A stretch of 64,000 nucleotides of DNA from an uncultured Fidelibacterota bacterium (GTDB lineage: Bacteria; Fidelibacterota; Marinisomatia; Marinisomatales; Marinisomataceae): contig CACBFQ010000002.1 in assembly GCA_902538565.1 (NCBI GenBank), positions 221,908 to 285,907 of the forward strand. The letters are read 5' to 3'. Every line of letters begins with the position of its first letter. The stretch's first letter is position 1. Made by a program: the position numbers and the translations under genes. Shown piece by piece: positions 19,968 through 29,715 of the stretch. Under the pieces are notes generated by a model that was given only the letters and a program-made list of their open reading frames with translations, was not told the origin of the DNA and did no database searches.

Positions 19968-20056
19968 TACTTCATTTGCTTAATTATTGGCCAAAAAACA
20001 TAAAAAATTACAATCATAAGGAAGAAAAATATAAATAACTGATTAAACATTTCCAT
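19967..20056 (-). CDS. 29-aa single-TM microprotein in the ccm operon
   Basis: Hand translation MEMFNQLFIFFFLMIVIFYVFWPIIKQMK*. Its ATG directly follows the ccmF TAA, and its TAA overlaps the ccmA ATG (TAATG). Not in the ORF track. Confidence 0.6.
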   Translation of the reverse strand: MEMFNQLFIFFFLMIVIFYVFWPIIKQMK

Positions 20057-22027
20057 TTAATTATCTCTCCTTGACGGCCAGAAAGCAAACAAGGAACCAA
20101 TCACCATTAATACTCCACCAATCCATACCCAATTTACTAAGGGGTTAATCATAATTTTAAAGTAACCGATATTCTTCTGTGCATCATAGCCAGAAAAAAT
20201 GGAATAAATATCCTTTTGAATGGTGCTATAGATATCCAATTCGCTATGAGGTTGTCTTTTTTCTGGATCTGAATTCCAATAAAAGTAGATTCTTTTTTCA
20301 GGTTTTAAATTAACAAGCAATTGATTTGTGCTACTGTCTACAACATCAATTTCACTTAAAAAAGCATAATGATTATCTCGAGCTTCACTTTTAATACTAT
20401 TTAACTTGAAAACATAATTAGAAAAATAAATTTGTTCACCTGGAGATAAGCTAAATTCTTTTTCAACCTCAAAAGCTCTTCCGATAAATCCAATGAATAA
20501 TAATACAATTCCAATATGAACTATATAACCTCCATTTTTATGTCTGTTGCTTAAAAACATCTTACCTAATGAGTGTATAAAATTTGACGCCTTCTTTTGT
20601 TTTTTATAAGACTTATAAAATTCACCTAAAATTGAGCTTAGGGTAAAAGAAACACCCATTATAGCAACAAAAACATATATTTGAAATGAGCTTGAAAATA
20701 TCATATATCCTATTCCAGATAAAAAACTTATACTTAATGGCAATTTAAATCTATTTAGCAAAATGCTTTTAGAAGTATAGTTCCAAGAAAGTAATGGTCC
20801 AATTCCCATTAAAAATAATAATACAAGTCCTATTGGAATATTTAATTGGTTAAAATAAGAAGCTCCCACATAAATCTTATTACCATCCCATGCCTCAGAT
20901 AAAATCGGAAATAGAGTTCCCCACATAATTGTGAAACACATTAAAATGAGAATTAGATTATTATACAAAAATCCACCTTCTCTTGATGTAAAAGAATCAA
21001 TTTTATCTGGAGTATCTAAATAAGATTTTCTCTTAAAAAACCAGAAAACAGTATAGAGAATTAGTATTGCTAAAAATGCAAAAAACATTGGACCAAGATT
21101 TTCAGCTGTAAATGAATGGACGGATGAGATTACTCCACTTCTGGTAATAAATGTTCCAAGAATAACAAGTATATAAGTTGAGGTAGCAAGTAGAAAATTC
21201 CATTTCTTTAACATTCCTCTCTTTTCTTGAATCATTGATGAATGAATGAAAGCTGTTAATGTAAGCCATGGCATTAATGATGAATTTTCAACTGGATCCC
21301 AAGCCCAATATCCTCCCCATCCTAGCTCGTTATATGCCCAATATCCTCCAAGAATGATACCTGCAGATAAAAATGTCCATACAAATAAAGACCATCTTCT
21401 AATAGATTGAACCCACTCAAAAGAAATATCTTTTGAAATAGATGCTGCAAGCGCCATAATAAAAATAATTGCTGAACCAGTAAATCCAACATAAAGTATT
21501 GGAGGGTGAATTGCCATAAAGAAATTTTGTAATAATGGATTTAGACCGTTTCCATTTTGAACAATAATATCAGAAGAAACAGGTTCAAATGGATTTGCAA
21601 TAAAATTTGAAAGGAGAATAAAAAAAGAAAAAATAAAAGATAAAATTAAATAAGAGTGGAATTTTAATGTTTTCAATTTTTCTAAAGTTGTAAAAATATA
21701 TGTAACTGCAAAAAAAGCAGTTATAAAAGACCAAAACAATAATGAGCCAGCTTGTCCTGCCCATAGTGCAGTAATCTTATAAAAGACAGGGGTTTCATAA
21801 CTAGTATATTGAGCTACATATTGTAAATTAAAATTGCTAATTAATAATTCATTTAATAGACAAAAAAATGCTAAAAAAATACAATAAGAAGTTGCTAGAA
21901 TTGCTCTTTCAGCAACCTGTAAATATGTTTGATTCTTAAATTTTTTGAATAAACCTAAAAATATGAATGAAGAAAAAATTAATCCTCCAGCAAGGCTGAT
22001 TGCAATACTACCAATTTGAGAAATCAT
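20057..22027 (-). CDS. ccmF: Cytochrome c heme lyase CcmF
   Basis: LWAGQAGSLL, LNPLLQ, IHPP, WAYNELGWGGYWAWDPVEN, TRSG.ISSVHSF, NPLVNWVWIGG. Confidence 0.95.
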   Translation of the reverse strand: MISQIGSIAISLAGGLIFSSFIFLGLFKKFKNQTYLQVAERAILATSYCIFLAFFCLLNELLISNFNLQYVAQYTSYETPVFYKITALWAGQAGSLLFWSFITAFFAVTYIFTTLEKLKTLKFHSYLILSFIFSFFILLSNFIANPFEPVSSDIIVQNGNGLNPLLQNFFMAIHPPILYVGFTGSAIIFIMALAASISKDISFEWVQSIRRWSLFVWTFLSAGIILGGYWAYNELGWGGYWAWDPVENSSLMPWLTLTAFIHSSMIQEKRGMLKKWNFLLATSTYILVILGTFITRSGVISSVHSFTAENLGPMFFAFLAILILYTVFWFFKRKSYLDTPDKIDSFTSREGGFLYNNLILILMCFTIMWGTLFPILSEAWDGNKIYVGASYFNQLNIPIGLVLLFLMGIGPLLSWNYTSKSILLNRFKLPLSISFLSGIGYMIFSSSFQIYVFVAIMGVSFTLSSILGEFYKSYKKQKKASNFIHSLGKMFLSNRHKNGGYIVHIGIVLLFIGFIGRAFEVEKEFSLSPGEQIYFSNYVFKLNSIKSEARDNHYAFLSEIDVVDSSTNQLLVNLKPEKRIYFYWNSDPEKRQPHSELDIYSTIQKDIYSIFSGYDAQKNIGYFKIMINPLVNWVWIGGVLMVIGSLFAFWPSRRDN

Positions 22028-22434
22028 TATATTTTTTCTATGTTTTTAAGATCGCCTTCATATCTGGAGGCACATTTAGTTTGCAATTCTGTGGCTGAAA
22101 TAAGGTTATTAGCATATGAACCAGATACTACAACCTCAGCATCATCTTTAAAGAGGTCTGGTCTAATTCCATAATAGGTTACCTTTACACTATCATTATT
22201 CTGATATACGAAAAAAGAAGCTTCAAGTTGATCATTTTCCGAGATATCAATTGAATTTGGTTTTATGTAACCACCAACTTTTATTTTTTTGATATCATTT
22301 GATTCACTAGCTAGTTCAGAAATAGAATAATATCTCACAGTTAATGAATCATCTTTCTTAATATTCGTTAGATAAAATACCCAACCAGCAATTAAGACAA
22401 AAATAATAAGAGTTGATGTAGTGACTTTATTCAT
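22027..22434 (-). CDS. ccmE: Heme chaperone CcmE, CxxxY variant
   Basis: N-terminal TM, V.Y.GIRPDLFKDD..VVVSG OB-fold, and KCASRY in place of the HxxxY motif. Confidence 0.9.
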   Translation of the reverse strand: MNKVTTSTLIIFVLIAGWVFYLTNIKKDDSLTVRYYSISELASESNDIKKIKVGGYIKPNSIDISENDQLEASFFVYQNNDSVKVTYYGIRPDLFKDDAEVVVSGSYANNLISATELQTKCASRYEGDLKNIEKI

Positions 22435-22437
22435 AAT

Positions 22438-24033
22438 TTATATTCCAAAAGATTCTTCCCATTCACCATAAACTTTTTTCATTACTTCTACGATTTCGCC
22501 TACAGTACCACCTTGTTCTGCAACCTCTATCAAAAAAGGAACTAAATTTAAATCTTTTTTACAAGCATCGCTTAGTTTTTTCATCTTTTCTTGAAATTTT
22601 TTTTCATCTCGACTTTTTCTAAGAGTTTTTATTTTGTTTTCTTGAGTATCTTGAGCATCTCTTGAAATTTTGAGAATCTCTATATCTAACTCTTCGTCTT
22701 CCTCAATAAAATCATTTACTCCAACAATTATTCTTTCTTTTGAATCAACTGATTCTTGATAAATAGATGCAGATTCAGCTATTTTTTTTTGAAAATAACC
22801 ATCCTCAATAGCTTGTACTGTTCCGCCCATCTCTTGAATTTCTTCAAAGTACTTAATAGCTTGTTTTTCAAGTTTGTCAGTCAATTCTTCAATATACCAT
22901 GATCCACCAAGAGGATCAGCTACATTAGATACTCCAGTTTCAAAAGCTAGAATTTGCTGTGTTCTAAGCGCTATTTTTGCAGCTTTTTCAGAAGGTAATG
23001 CTAAAGTTTCATCCAATGAATTTGTATGAAGTGAATTTGTTCCACCTAACACTGCTGACATTGCTTCAAAGGCTGTTCGAACAATATTATTTTCTGGCTG
23101 TTGAGCTGTTAATGAACATCCTGCTGTTTGAGAATGAAATTTAAGTTTTAATGAACTTTCATTTTTAGCGCCATATTTATCTTTTAATCTATTTGCCCAA
23201 ATTCTGCGAGCAGCTCTATACTTAGCAATTTCTTCAAAAAAGTCCATATGAGCATTAAAGAAAAAAGATAATCTATGGGCAAAATCATCTATTTTTAATC
23301 CTCTTTCTAAACACTCTTCAATATATGCAAATCCATTATTGAGTGTAAAAGCAAGCTCTTGTGCAGCAGTAGATCCAGCTTCTCTAATATGATATCCGCT
23401 GACTGATACAGGGTTGTATAATGGCATGTTTTCAGAACAGTATTCAATGATATCAACAACAAGTTTAACAGATGGTTCAGGAGGAAAAATCCACTCTTTT
23501 TGAGCCATGTATTCTTTTAATGCATCATTTTGTAAGGTTCCTCTCAATTTACTGACATCTATTCCATTTTTCTTAGCAAGTGCTACATAAAATGCAAAAA
23601 GAATAATTGCAGGACCATTTATTGTCTGTGATACTGAAATTTTTTCAAGGTCTATTCCATCAAAAAGAATTTCCATATCCTTTAAGGAAGCTACATTTAC
23701 ACCACAGACACCAACCTCTCCTGAAGATAACTCGTGATCTGGATCATAACCCATTAAAGTTGGCATATCATAAGCTACAGATAAGCCAGTTTGACCATTT
23801 TTAAGTAAATATTTGTATCGTTCATTAGTTTTTTCTGGTGTACTAAATCCTGAAAATTGTCTCATGGTCCATAATTTTCCTCTATACATATTCTTATGAA
23901 TACCTCTAGTATATGGGAAACTTCCTGGATCAATATTATAGTTTTTTTCATTATTGGATGATGAGTAGAAGTCCTTCAATTCATCGCCACTAATGCTTTT
24001 AAAACTATCTTTTCTTTCAACTTTTTTACTCAT
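22438..24033 (-). CDS. B12-dependent acyl-CoA mutase, substrate-binding (large) subunit; isobutyryl-CoA-mutase-like
   Basis: FPYTRGIH, WTMRQFSGF, GQTGLSVAYD, SVSGYHIREAG, NSLDET; no C-terminal DxHxxG B12-binding domain; specificity residues F60 and Q178. Confidence 0.85.
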   Translation of the reverse strand: MSKKVERKDSFKSISGDELKDFYSSSNNEKNYNIDPGSFPYTRGIHKNMYRGKLWTMRQFSGFSTPEKTNERYKYLLKNGQTGLSVAYDMPTLMGYDPDHELSSGEVGVCGVNVASLKDMEILFDGIDLEKISVSQTINGPAIILFAFYVALAKKNGIDVSKLRGTLQNDALKEYMAQKEWIFPPEPSVKLVVDIIEYCSENMPLYNPVSVSGYHIREAGSTAAQELAFTLNNGFAYIEECLERGLKIDDFAHRLSFFFNAHMDFFEEIAKYRAARRIWANRLKDKYGAKNESSLKLKFHSQTAGCSLTAQQPENNIVRTAFEAMSAVLGGTNSLHTNSLDETLALPSEKAAKIALRTQQILAFETGVSNVADPLGGSWYIEELTDKLEKQAIKYFEEIQEMGGTVQAIEDGYFQKKIAESASIYQESVDSKERIIVGVNDFIEEDEELDIEILKISRDAQDTQENKIKTLRKSRDEKKFQEKMKKLSDACKKDLNLVPFLIEVAEQGGTVGEIVEVMKKVYGEWEESFGI

Positions 24034-25897
24034 TTGATTTCCTTGAAAAATTATAAATCTTTTCGAATAAAGTCATTGAATCTAACCCTATTTCTTCTAA
24101 TAAAATATTTCTTGGTCCATGATCTACAAACCTGTTTGGAACACCTAATGTTAAAATAGAATTTTCAATATTCTTTTTATTTGACCAGTTTATAACTCCT
24201 TCACCAAATCCACCATCTGTAACACCTTCTTCAATTGTAACAACTAATTTATATTTTGGTAAAGATTCATTTAAATAATTTTCATCCATAGGTTTGATAA
24301 ATCTACAGTTAACCACCTCAGAGGAAATACCTTTTTCCATTAGCCTACTATATACTTCTAAGCTCTTACTTACCATTGACCCGACTGCTAAAATAAGTAC
24401 ATCACTTCCTTCTGTTATTACCTCCCATGAGCCTATTTCAATTTTTTGTGGAGATTTTTCTTCAAATTTTACTGACTGTTCTTTAGGGTATCTTATGGTA
24501 AATGGTTTAGTTGTATTTAAAGTTGCAGTATAAAGCAAATCTCTTAACTCATTTCCATCTTTTGGTGCTGAAATAATAATATTTTGAATACATCGTAAAT
24601 AAGAAATATCTAAAACACCGTGATGAGTTGCACCATCCTCACCAACCAAACCAGAACGATCCATACAAAAAATGACAGGTAAATTTTGTAAAGCAATATC
24701 ATGGATTATATGATCAAAGGCTCTTTGAAGAAAGGTTGAATAAATTGCGACTACAGGAATTTTTCCTTCCGTTGATAACCCGCCACTAAAAGTTACTGCA
24801 TGACCTTCAGCGATACCAACATCATAGAATCTTTCCGGAAATCTTGAAGAATATTCAACTAATCCAGTCCCTTCTCTCATTGCAGCAGTTATTGCAACTA
24901 TATTTTTATTTTCTTCTGCTAAATCGCATATTACTTCTCCAAAAACATTCTGATATATTGGAGCTTGCACTTTAGAAATTGTACCATCTTTTTTCTTTTC
25001 TTTAACTCCATGATATTTGATTGGATCATCCTCAGCGTAATCAAGGCCCTTTCCTTTTTGTGTAATTGTATGCAACACAACAGGGCTATCATAATTTTTT
25101 ATATTTTCCAAAATCTCTACCATTTCTTCGATATTGTGACCATCAACTGGACCAAAATATCTAAAACCTAGATCTTCAAAAACTGTTGTAGGTAAAAAAA
25201 AATTTTTAGCACTTGATTCAGCTTTTCTTAAAAGAGTTTCTACGACTTTCAAACTATTTGGAAGTTTTTTTATAGTTCGATAAATCCATCTTCTCAATCT
25301 ATTATATTGTTTATTGGTCGCAATTTTAACAAGATAGTTTCTAAACGCACCTACATTAGGACTAATAGACATATCATTATCATTAACAATAACAAGCATT
25401 TGCTTTCTTATATTCCCAGCATTATTAAGGGCTTCAAAAGCAAGACCACCAGATAAGGCTCCATCACCAATAATACTTACAACTTTAAAGTCATCATTCT
25501 CTAAATTTCTACTAACAGCCATTCCTAAACCAGCTGAAATTGCTGTTGATGCATGACCAGCACCAAAAACATCATATTCACTTTCAGATCGCTTTAAAAA
25601 ACCACTTAACCCTTTATATCTTCTGATAGTTGGGAATTGACTATATCTACCTGTAAGAACTTTATGAGCATATGCCTGATGACCGGTATCCCATACAATT
25701 TTGTCTCTTGGAGCATCGAAAACATAATGAACAGCAGTTGTTATTTCAACTGCGCCAAGAGTTGGAGCTAAATGTCCTCCTATTTCATTAATTGTATCAA
25801 TAATATAAGTGCGAAGCTCTTTGCATACTTCTCCTAATTCCTCTTTTGGAATATTTTTTAAATCTTTTGGAGAATTAATCTTATCTAGATATTTCAT
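24026..25897 (-). CDS. dxs: 1-deoxy-D-xylulose-5-phosphate synthase
   Basis: WDTGHQAY.HK, FGAGHASTAISA, IGDGALSGG, YFGPVDGH, DVGIAEGHAV. Start moved to ATG 25897 (MKYLDKI); the track start is 25921. Confidence 0.97.
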   Translation of the reverse strand: MKYLDKINSPKDLKNIPKEELGEVCKELRTYIIDTINEIGGHLAPTLGAVEITTAVHYVFDAPRDKIVWDTGHQAYAHKVLTGRYSQFPTIRRYKGLSGFLKRSESEYDVFGAGHASTAISAGLGMAVSRNLENDDFKVVSIIGDGALSGGLAFEALNNAGNIRKQMLVIVNDNDMSISPNVGAFRNYLVKIATNKQYNRLRRWIYRTIKKLPNSLKVVETLLRKAESSAKNFFLPTTVFEDLGFRYFGPVDGHNIEEMVEILENIKNYDSPVVLHTITQKGKGLDYAEDDPIKYHGVKEKKKDGTISKVQAPIYQNVFGEVICDLAEENKNIVAITAAMREGTGLVEYSSRFPERFYDVGIAEGHAVTFSGGLSTEGKIPVVAIYSTFLQRAFDHIIHDIALQNLPVIFCMDRSGLVGEDGATHHGVLDISYLRCIQNIIISAPKDGNELRDLLYTATLNTTKPFTIRYPKEQSVKFEEKSPQKIEIGSWEVITEGSDVLILAVGSMVSKSLEVYSRLMEKGISSEVVNCRFIKPMDENYLNESLPKYKLVVTIEEGVTDGGFGEGVINWSNKKNIENSILTLGVPNRFVDHGPRNILLEEIGLDSMTLFEKIYNFSRKSNE

Positions 25898-26459
25898 ATT
25901 TTCCTTTGAAACAAATTTCATGTATTAAAGTTTCATTCAATAGTTCAGGATGACAAGAAATTCCAATATGTATTCCTTGCTTTACTGCAACTACTTCTTC
26001 CTGAAAGGTTGCTAAAACTTCAACATCGTTATTTATTTTATCTATTTTTGGAGCTCTAATAAATAATACATCAATATCAGAACTAATTGAGCCATCTGTA
26101 ACATTAATTTTAGCTTCAAAAGAATGAACTTGTCTTCCATAAGCATTTCTGCTTGTTATTACATCTAAAAAAGCAAAGTTATGTACCCTTGAGTCGTTAG
26201 ATTCTTTAGACATTAAAATAAGTCCAGCACATGAACCTAAAATTGGCTTTTTCTTAGAAAGCTTATTAATACCATCCATCAAGCTCTGATTCTTTCTCAA
26301 GAGATTAGTTATTGTTGTAGATTCTCCCCCAGGAATTATAAGACCATCAACAGAACTTAGATCATCGCTCGTTTTAACTAGCTTATGTTTTAAGTTAATT
26401 TTTTTAAGAATTTTAATATGAGAATCAAAATTTCCTTGAAGTGCAAGGACACCAATCAC
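25881..26459 (-). CDS. pdxT: PLP synthase glutaminase subunit PdxT
   Basis: IGVLALQG, IPGGESTT, GSCAG (Cys), RNAYGRQ, FIRAP, CHPE (His-x-Glu). Confidence 0.96.
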   Translation of the reverse strand: MIGVLALQGNFDSHIKILKKINLKHKLVKTSDDLSSVDGLIIPGGESTTITNLLRKNQSLMDGINKLSKKKPILGSCAGLILMSKESNDSRVHNFAFLDVITSRNAYGRQVHSFEAKINVTDGSISSDIDVLFIRAPKIDKINNDVEVLATFQEEVVAVKQGIHIGISCHPELLNETLIHEICFKGKYEISR

Positions 26460-26461
26460 AA

Positions 26462-27334
26462 TTAGTCGCCTCTATTTGAAAATTTTTCATCTTCAGGAAT
26501 GTCAGACATTAAAATTCCCTTCATTGCGTCTTTTAAATCATAAGAAGCAGTTAAAACATCTTTTGCACTCTTAAAATGTGTAACAGCTTTAACAATTGCA
26601 TGAGCTCTTTCAGATGGATCTTGGCTTTTAAAAATACCAGAACCAACAAAAACTGTTTCAGCGCCCAGTTGCATCATTAAAGAAGCATCTGCAGGAGTAG
26701 CAATTCCTCCAGCAGCAAAATTAGGAACCGTTAGTTTTTGATTTTTAGCCACCTCTTCTACTAAATCTAAAGGAACTCTAAATTCTTCTGCCTTTTTCGA
26801 TAAATCAGCATCTTGTAGATCAATAATTTGTGAAGTAATCATTTTCATATGCCTTACAGCTTCAACAATATTTCCACTACCAGCTTCTCCTTTAGTTCTA
26901 ATCAATGCAGCCCCTTCATTTATTCTTCTTAGGGCTTCACCTAAGTCTCTTGCTCCACATACAAATGGAACCTTAAAAGGATGTTTATCAACATGAGCAT
27001 GTTCGTCAGCCGTTGTAAGCACTTCACTTTCATCAATGAAGTCAACTTCTAAGGCCTCTAAAATTTGTGCTTCAGCAAAATGACCAATTCTACATTTTGC
27101 CATAACTGGTATTGAAACATTATCCTGTATTTCTTTAATCATGTGAGGGTTGCTCATTCTTGCAACACCACCATCTTTTCTAATATCCGATGGAATTCGC
27201 TCTAAAGCCATAACAGAAACTGCTCCTGCATCTTCTGCAATTTTAGCTTGTTCTAAATTAGTAACGTCCATAATTACCCCACCTTTTAGCATCTCTGCTA
27301 AACCGACTTTAACTTTGAAAGACTCTTTACTCAT
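26462..27334 (-). CDS. pdxS: PLP synthase lyase subunit PdxS
   Basis: [48 protein letters not shown]. Confidence 0.98.
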   Translation of the reverse strand: MSKESFKVKVGLAEMLKGGVIMDVTNLEQAKIAEDAGAVSVMALERIPSDIRKDGGVARMSNPHMIKEIQDNVSIPVMAKCRIGHFAEAQILEALEVDFIDESEVLTTADEHAHVDKHPFKVPFVCGARDLGEALRRINEGAALIRTKGEAGSGNIVEAVRHMKMITSQIIDLQDADLSKKAEEFRVPLDLVEEVAKNQKLTVPNFAAGGIATPADASLMMQLGAETVFVGSGIFKSQDPSERAHAIVKAVTHFKSAKDVLTASYDLKDAMKGILMSDIPEDEKFSNRGD

Positions 27335-28193
27335 GAATTATTTCCTTTTCTTGTGTATTTGTTATTTCTTTGACTTTTTTAATTACTGATTCGATTATCC
27401 AGTCTGGAGTTGAAGCTCCGGCGGATATTCCTACAGAATTTACATCATCTTTAAACCAAGATGAATCAATTTCTGCAGCACAAGTCACCTGAAATGTATT
27501 TTCATTCCTTTTTGAGCTCAATTCAGCTAGACGTTTGGAATTAGCGCTTGTAAATGATCCAATAATAATCATTAAGTCAGTTACTTCAGACAACTCTTTA
27601 ATTTGTTCTTGATTTCTTTTGGTTGGAAAGCAAATTGTATTAACAAATCTTAAATCAAATACTTTTGTCATTAAAACGTTTATAATATCTTGCACGTTTT
27701 CGATTGTTTGGGTTGATTGAGTTACAACTCCAGCTTTCTTTGTTTTTCTAAGTGCTTCAGCTTCTTCTACTGAAGCAACAATCACTGGATCTGGTATTTG
27801 ACTAGCAATTCCAATTACTTCATCGTGACCATGGTCTCCAATAATGATAATTTTTCTTCCTTCTTTATGTAATGCTTTTACTTCATGATGTATTTCATGA
27901 ACTAAAGGGCATGTAGCATCGATAATATTCATTTTTTTATCTTCAGCTTTTTTCCAGACCTCTTTTGCAGTACCGTGAGCTCTGAAAAGAACAGGTTTGT
28001 CTTTTGGAATCTGATCAAGTTTCTCAACAACTTTTACACCTTCTTTTTCTAAATCACTTACGACACTTTCATTATGAACAATATCTCCCAACATATAGAC
28101 TTCTCCATATTTTTTGCTCATTTCGTAAGCGCTATTTACAGCATCTCTTACTCCAAAACAATATCCAGCATCTTTAGCTAAAATTATCTTCAT
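27327..28193 (-). CDS. ispH: 4-hydroxy-3-methylbut-2-enyl diphosphate reductase
   Basis: Three Fe-S Cys ([20 protein letters not shown]), [24 protein letters not shown]. Confidence 0.96.
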   Translation of the reverse strand: MKIILAKDAGYCFGVRDAVNSAYEMSKKYGEVYMLGDIVHNESVVSDLEKEGVKVVEKLDQIPKDKPVLFRAHGTAKEVWKKAEDKKMNIIDATCPLVHEIHHEVKALHKEGRKIIIIGDHGHDEVIGIASQIPDPVIVASVEEAEALRKTKKAGVVTQSTQTIENVQDIINVLMTKVFDLRFVNTICFPTKRNQEQIKELSEVTDLMIIIGSFTSANSKRLAELSSKRNENTFQVTCAAEIDSSWFKDDVNSVGISAGASTPDWIIESVIKKVKEITNTQEKEIIHE

Positions 28194-29172
28194 TAAATTT
28201 GCTTATATATGTTGACATTAAATTTAAAACTGTTGATTTGACATCTGAAAATTCACCTTCTACTAGTGCTGCAGCTGCAAAAGGATGTCCACCTCCACCC
28301 ATTTTTTTAGCGATCTCGCTAACTTTGTACTTTCCCTTTGATCTAAAGCTTAATCTAACTTTTCCTCCAAGGTCATAAAGCATTAAGGAAACTTCAACTC
28401 CCTTAATTCCTCGAAAAAAATCTGTAAACCCGTCAAAATCTTGATTTGAGCCATTGACCTCTTTAATCATGTCATGATTCAAAGAAAACCAGACTATTTC
28501 ACCATCGCAATCATAATTTAATTTTTGAATCACGTTTCCTAAGAGCTTCATTCTGCTTATCGAAGAATTTTCATAAATGTTTTGATAGACTTTAGAGATA
28601 TCTAATCCCATTTGAATGGCATCAACGGCAACTTGATGACAAAGATCAGTTGTGTTACTATGTCTAAATGAACCGGTGTCTGTTAAGACAGCAACATAAA
28701 TACCTAACATCATTTCATCTGAAATTTTTTGATCAATCTCTTTAAAAAATGAATATAAAATTTCACCTACGGATGAGGCTTTGACATCGATGTATTCATT
28801 CTTAAATAGATCATTATCAGATTTTGCGTGATGATCAATGCTTAACGTTTCAATATCATTTTCTTCAACTAAAAATGCCAAATCTCCCAATCTATAAAAA
28901 TCTCCTATATCTAATATCAATCCTAGATCTGCTTTTTTAATAAATGATGCTGAATCTCCATCGAGCTCTTGAAAAATATTATCCTCATTCAAAAAATTAT
29001 ATACTTCTGGTATTGGAGAGTGATTAACGATAATACAATCCTTGCCAATTGAATCTAAATATTTGTACATAGTGTAAGCAGAACCTAAGCTATCTCCATC
29101 TGGATTTATATGAGATGAAATAAAGATTTTATCGTGTTTATCGATAATGGATTTTATTAGATGAAAATCCAT
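28174..29172 (-). CDS. nrnA: DHH/DHHA1 phosphoesterase (NrnA/Pde2-like)
   Basis: SHINPDGDSLGS, IDHH, TDTGSF, LSFRSK, GGGGHPFAA. Confidence 0.9.
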   Translation of the reverse strand: MDFHLIKSIIDKHDKIFISSHINPDGDSLGSAYTMYKYLDSIGKDCIIVNHSPIPEVYNFLNEDNIFQELDGDSASFIKKADLGLILDIGDFYRLGDLAFLVEENDIETLSIDHHAKSDNDLFKNEYIDVKASSVGEILYSFFKEIDQKISDEMMLGIYVAVLTDTGSFRHSNTTDLCHQVAVDAIQMGLDISKVYQNIYENSSISRMKLLGNVIQKLNYDCDGEIVWFSLNHDMIKEVNGSNQDFDGFTDFFRGIKGVEVSLMLYDLGGKVRLSFRSKGKYKVSEIAKKMGGGGHPFAAAALVEGEFSDVKSTVLNLMSTYISKFNEDNFS

Positions 29173-29175
29173 ATT

Positions 29176-29715
29176 TTACCTCTGCCAAGTATTTTCAGGA
29201 ATATTATTTTGTTTATTATGATATCTTGAAAGAACAAAGAAATAATCTGATAAACGATTTAAATACATTATTACGGGATTATTATCCAAAGAATTATTGT
29301 ATAATGTTACAGCCGATCTTTCAGCTCTTCTAGTAATTGCTCTAGCAACATGTAAATTTGATGAAAAATGATCTCCGCTTGGTAAAATAAATTCTTTTAG
29401 AGGTTCTAAGTCTTGGTTAAGATAATTTATTTGATCGTCTAAATCTGAAATCATGTTTTCATTTATGATAGAATTATCTTCAAGATTCATTGAAATATGT
29501 CCACCTATATCGAATAAATTATTCTGAATTTTTTTTAAGAACTCTGTTATATCTGAGTTTTGGCTAAATGATAAGCAAACTCCAATGATACTACTTAATT
29601 CATCTACCTCTCCAAGACAATGAATAATATTATTAGACTTAAGGACTGATTCTCCTTTGGCTAAGTTTGTTTTACCGCTATCTCCATTTCTTGTAGTAAC
29701 TTTTGTAATTCTCAT
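29176..29715 (-). CDS. pduO: PduO-type ATP:cob(I)alamin adenosyltransferase
   Basis: MRITKVTTRNGDSGKT, GEVDELSS, QNNLFDIG, LKEFILP, RAITRRAER, YLNRLSDYFF. Start moved to ATG 29715, which overlaps the nhaD TAA. Confidence 0.92.
   Translation of the reverse strand: MRITKVTTRNGDSGKTNLAKGESVLKSNNIIHCLGEVDELSSIIGVCLSFSQNSDITEFLKKIQNNLFDIGGHISMNLEDNSIINENMISDLDDQINYLNQDLEPLKEFILPSGDHFSSNLHVARAITRRAERSAVTLYNNSLDNNPVIMYLNRLSDYFFVLSRYHNKQNNIPENTWQR

Noticed and set aside
22438-24033. Call as methylmalonyl-CoA mutase
   Set aside because: The positions equivalent to Tyr89/Arg207 are Phe/Gln, so I left it as an ICM-like acyl-CoA mutase without a gene symbol.
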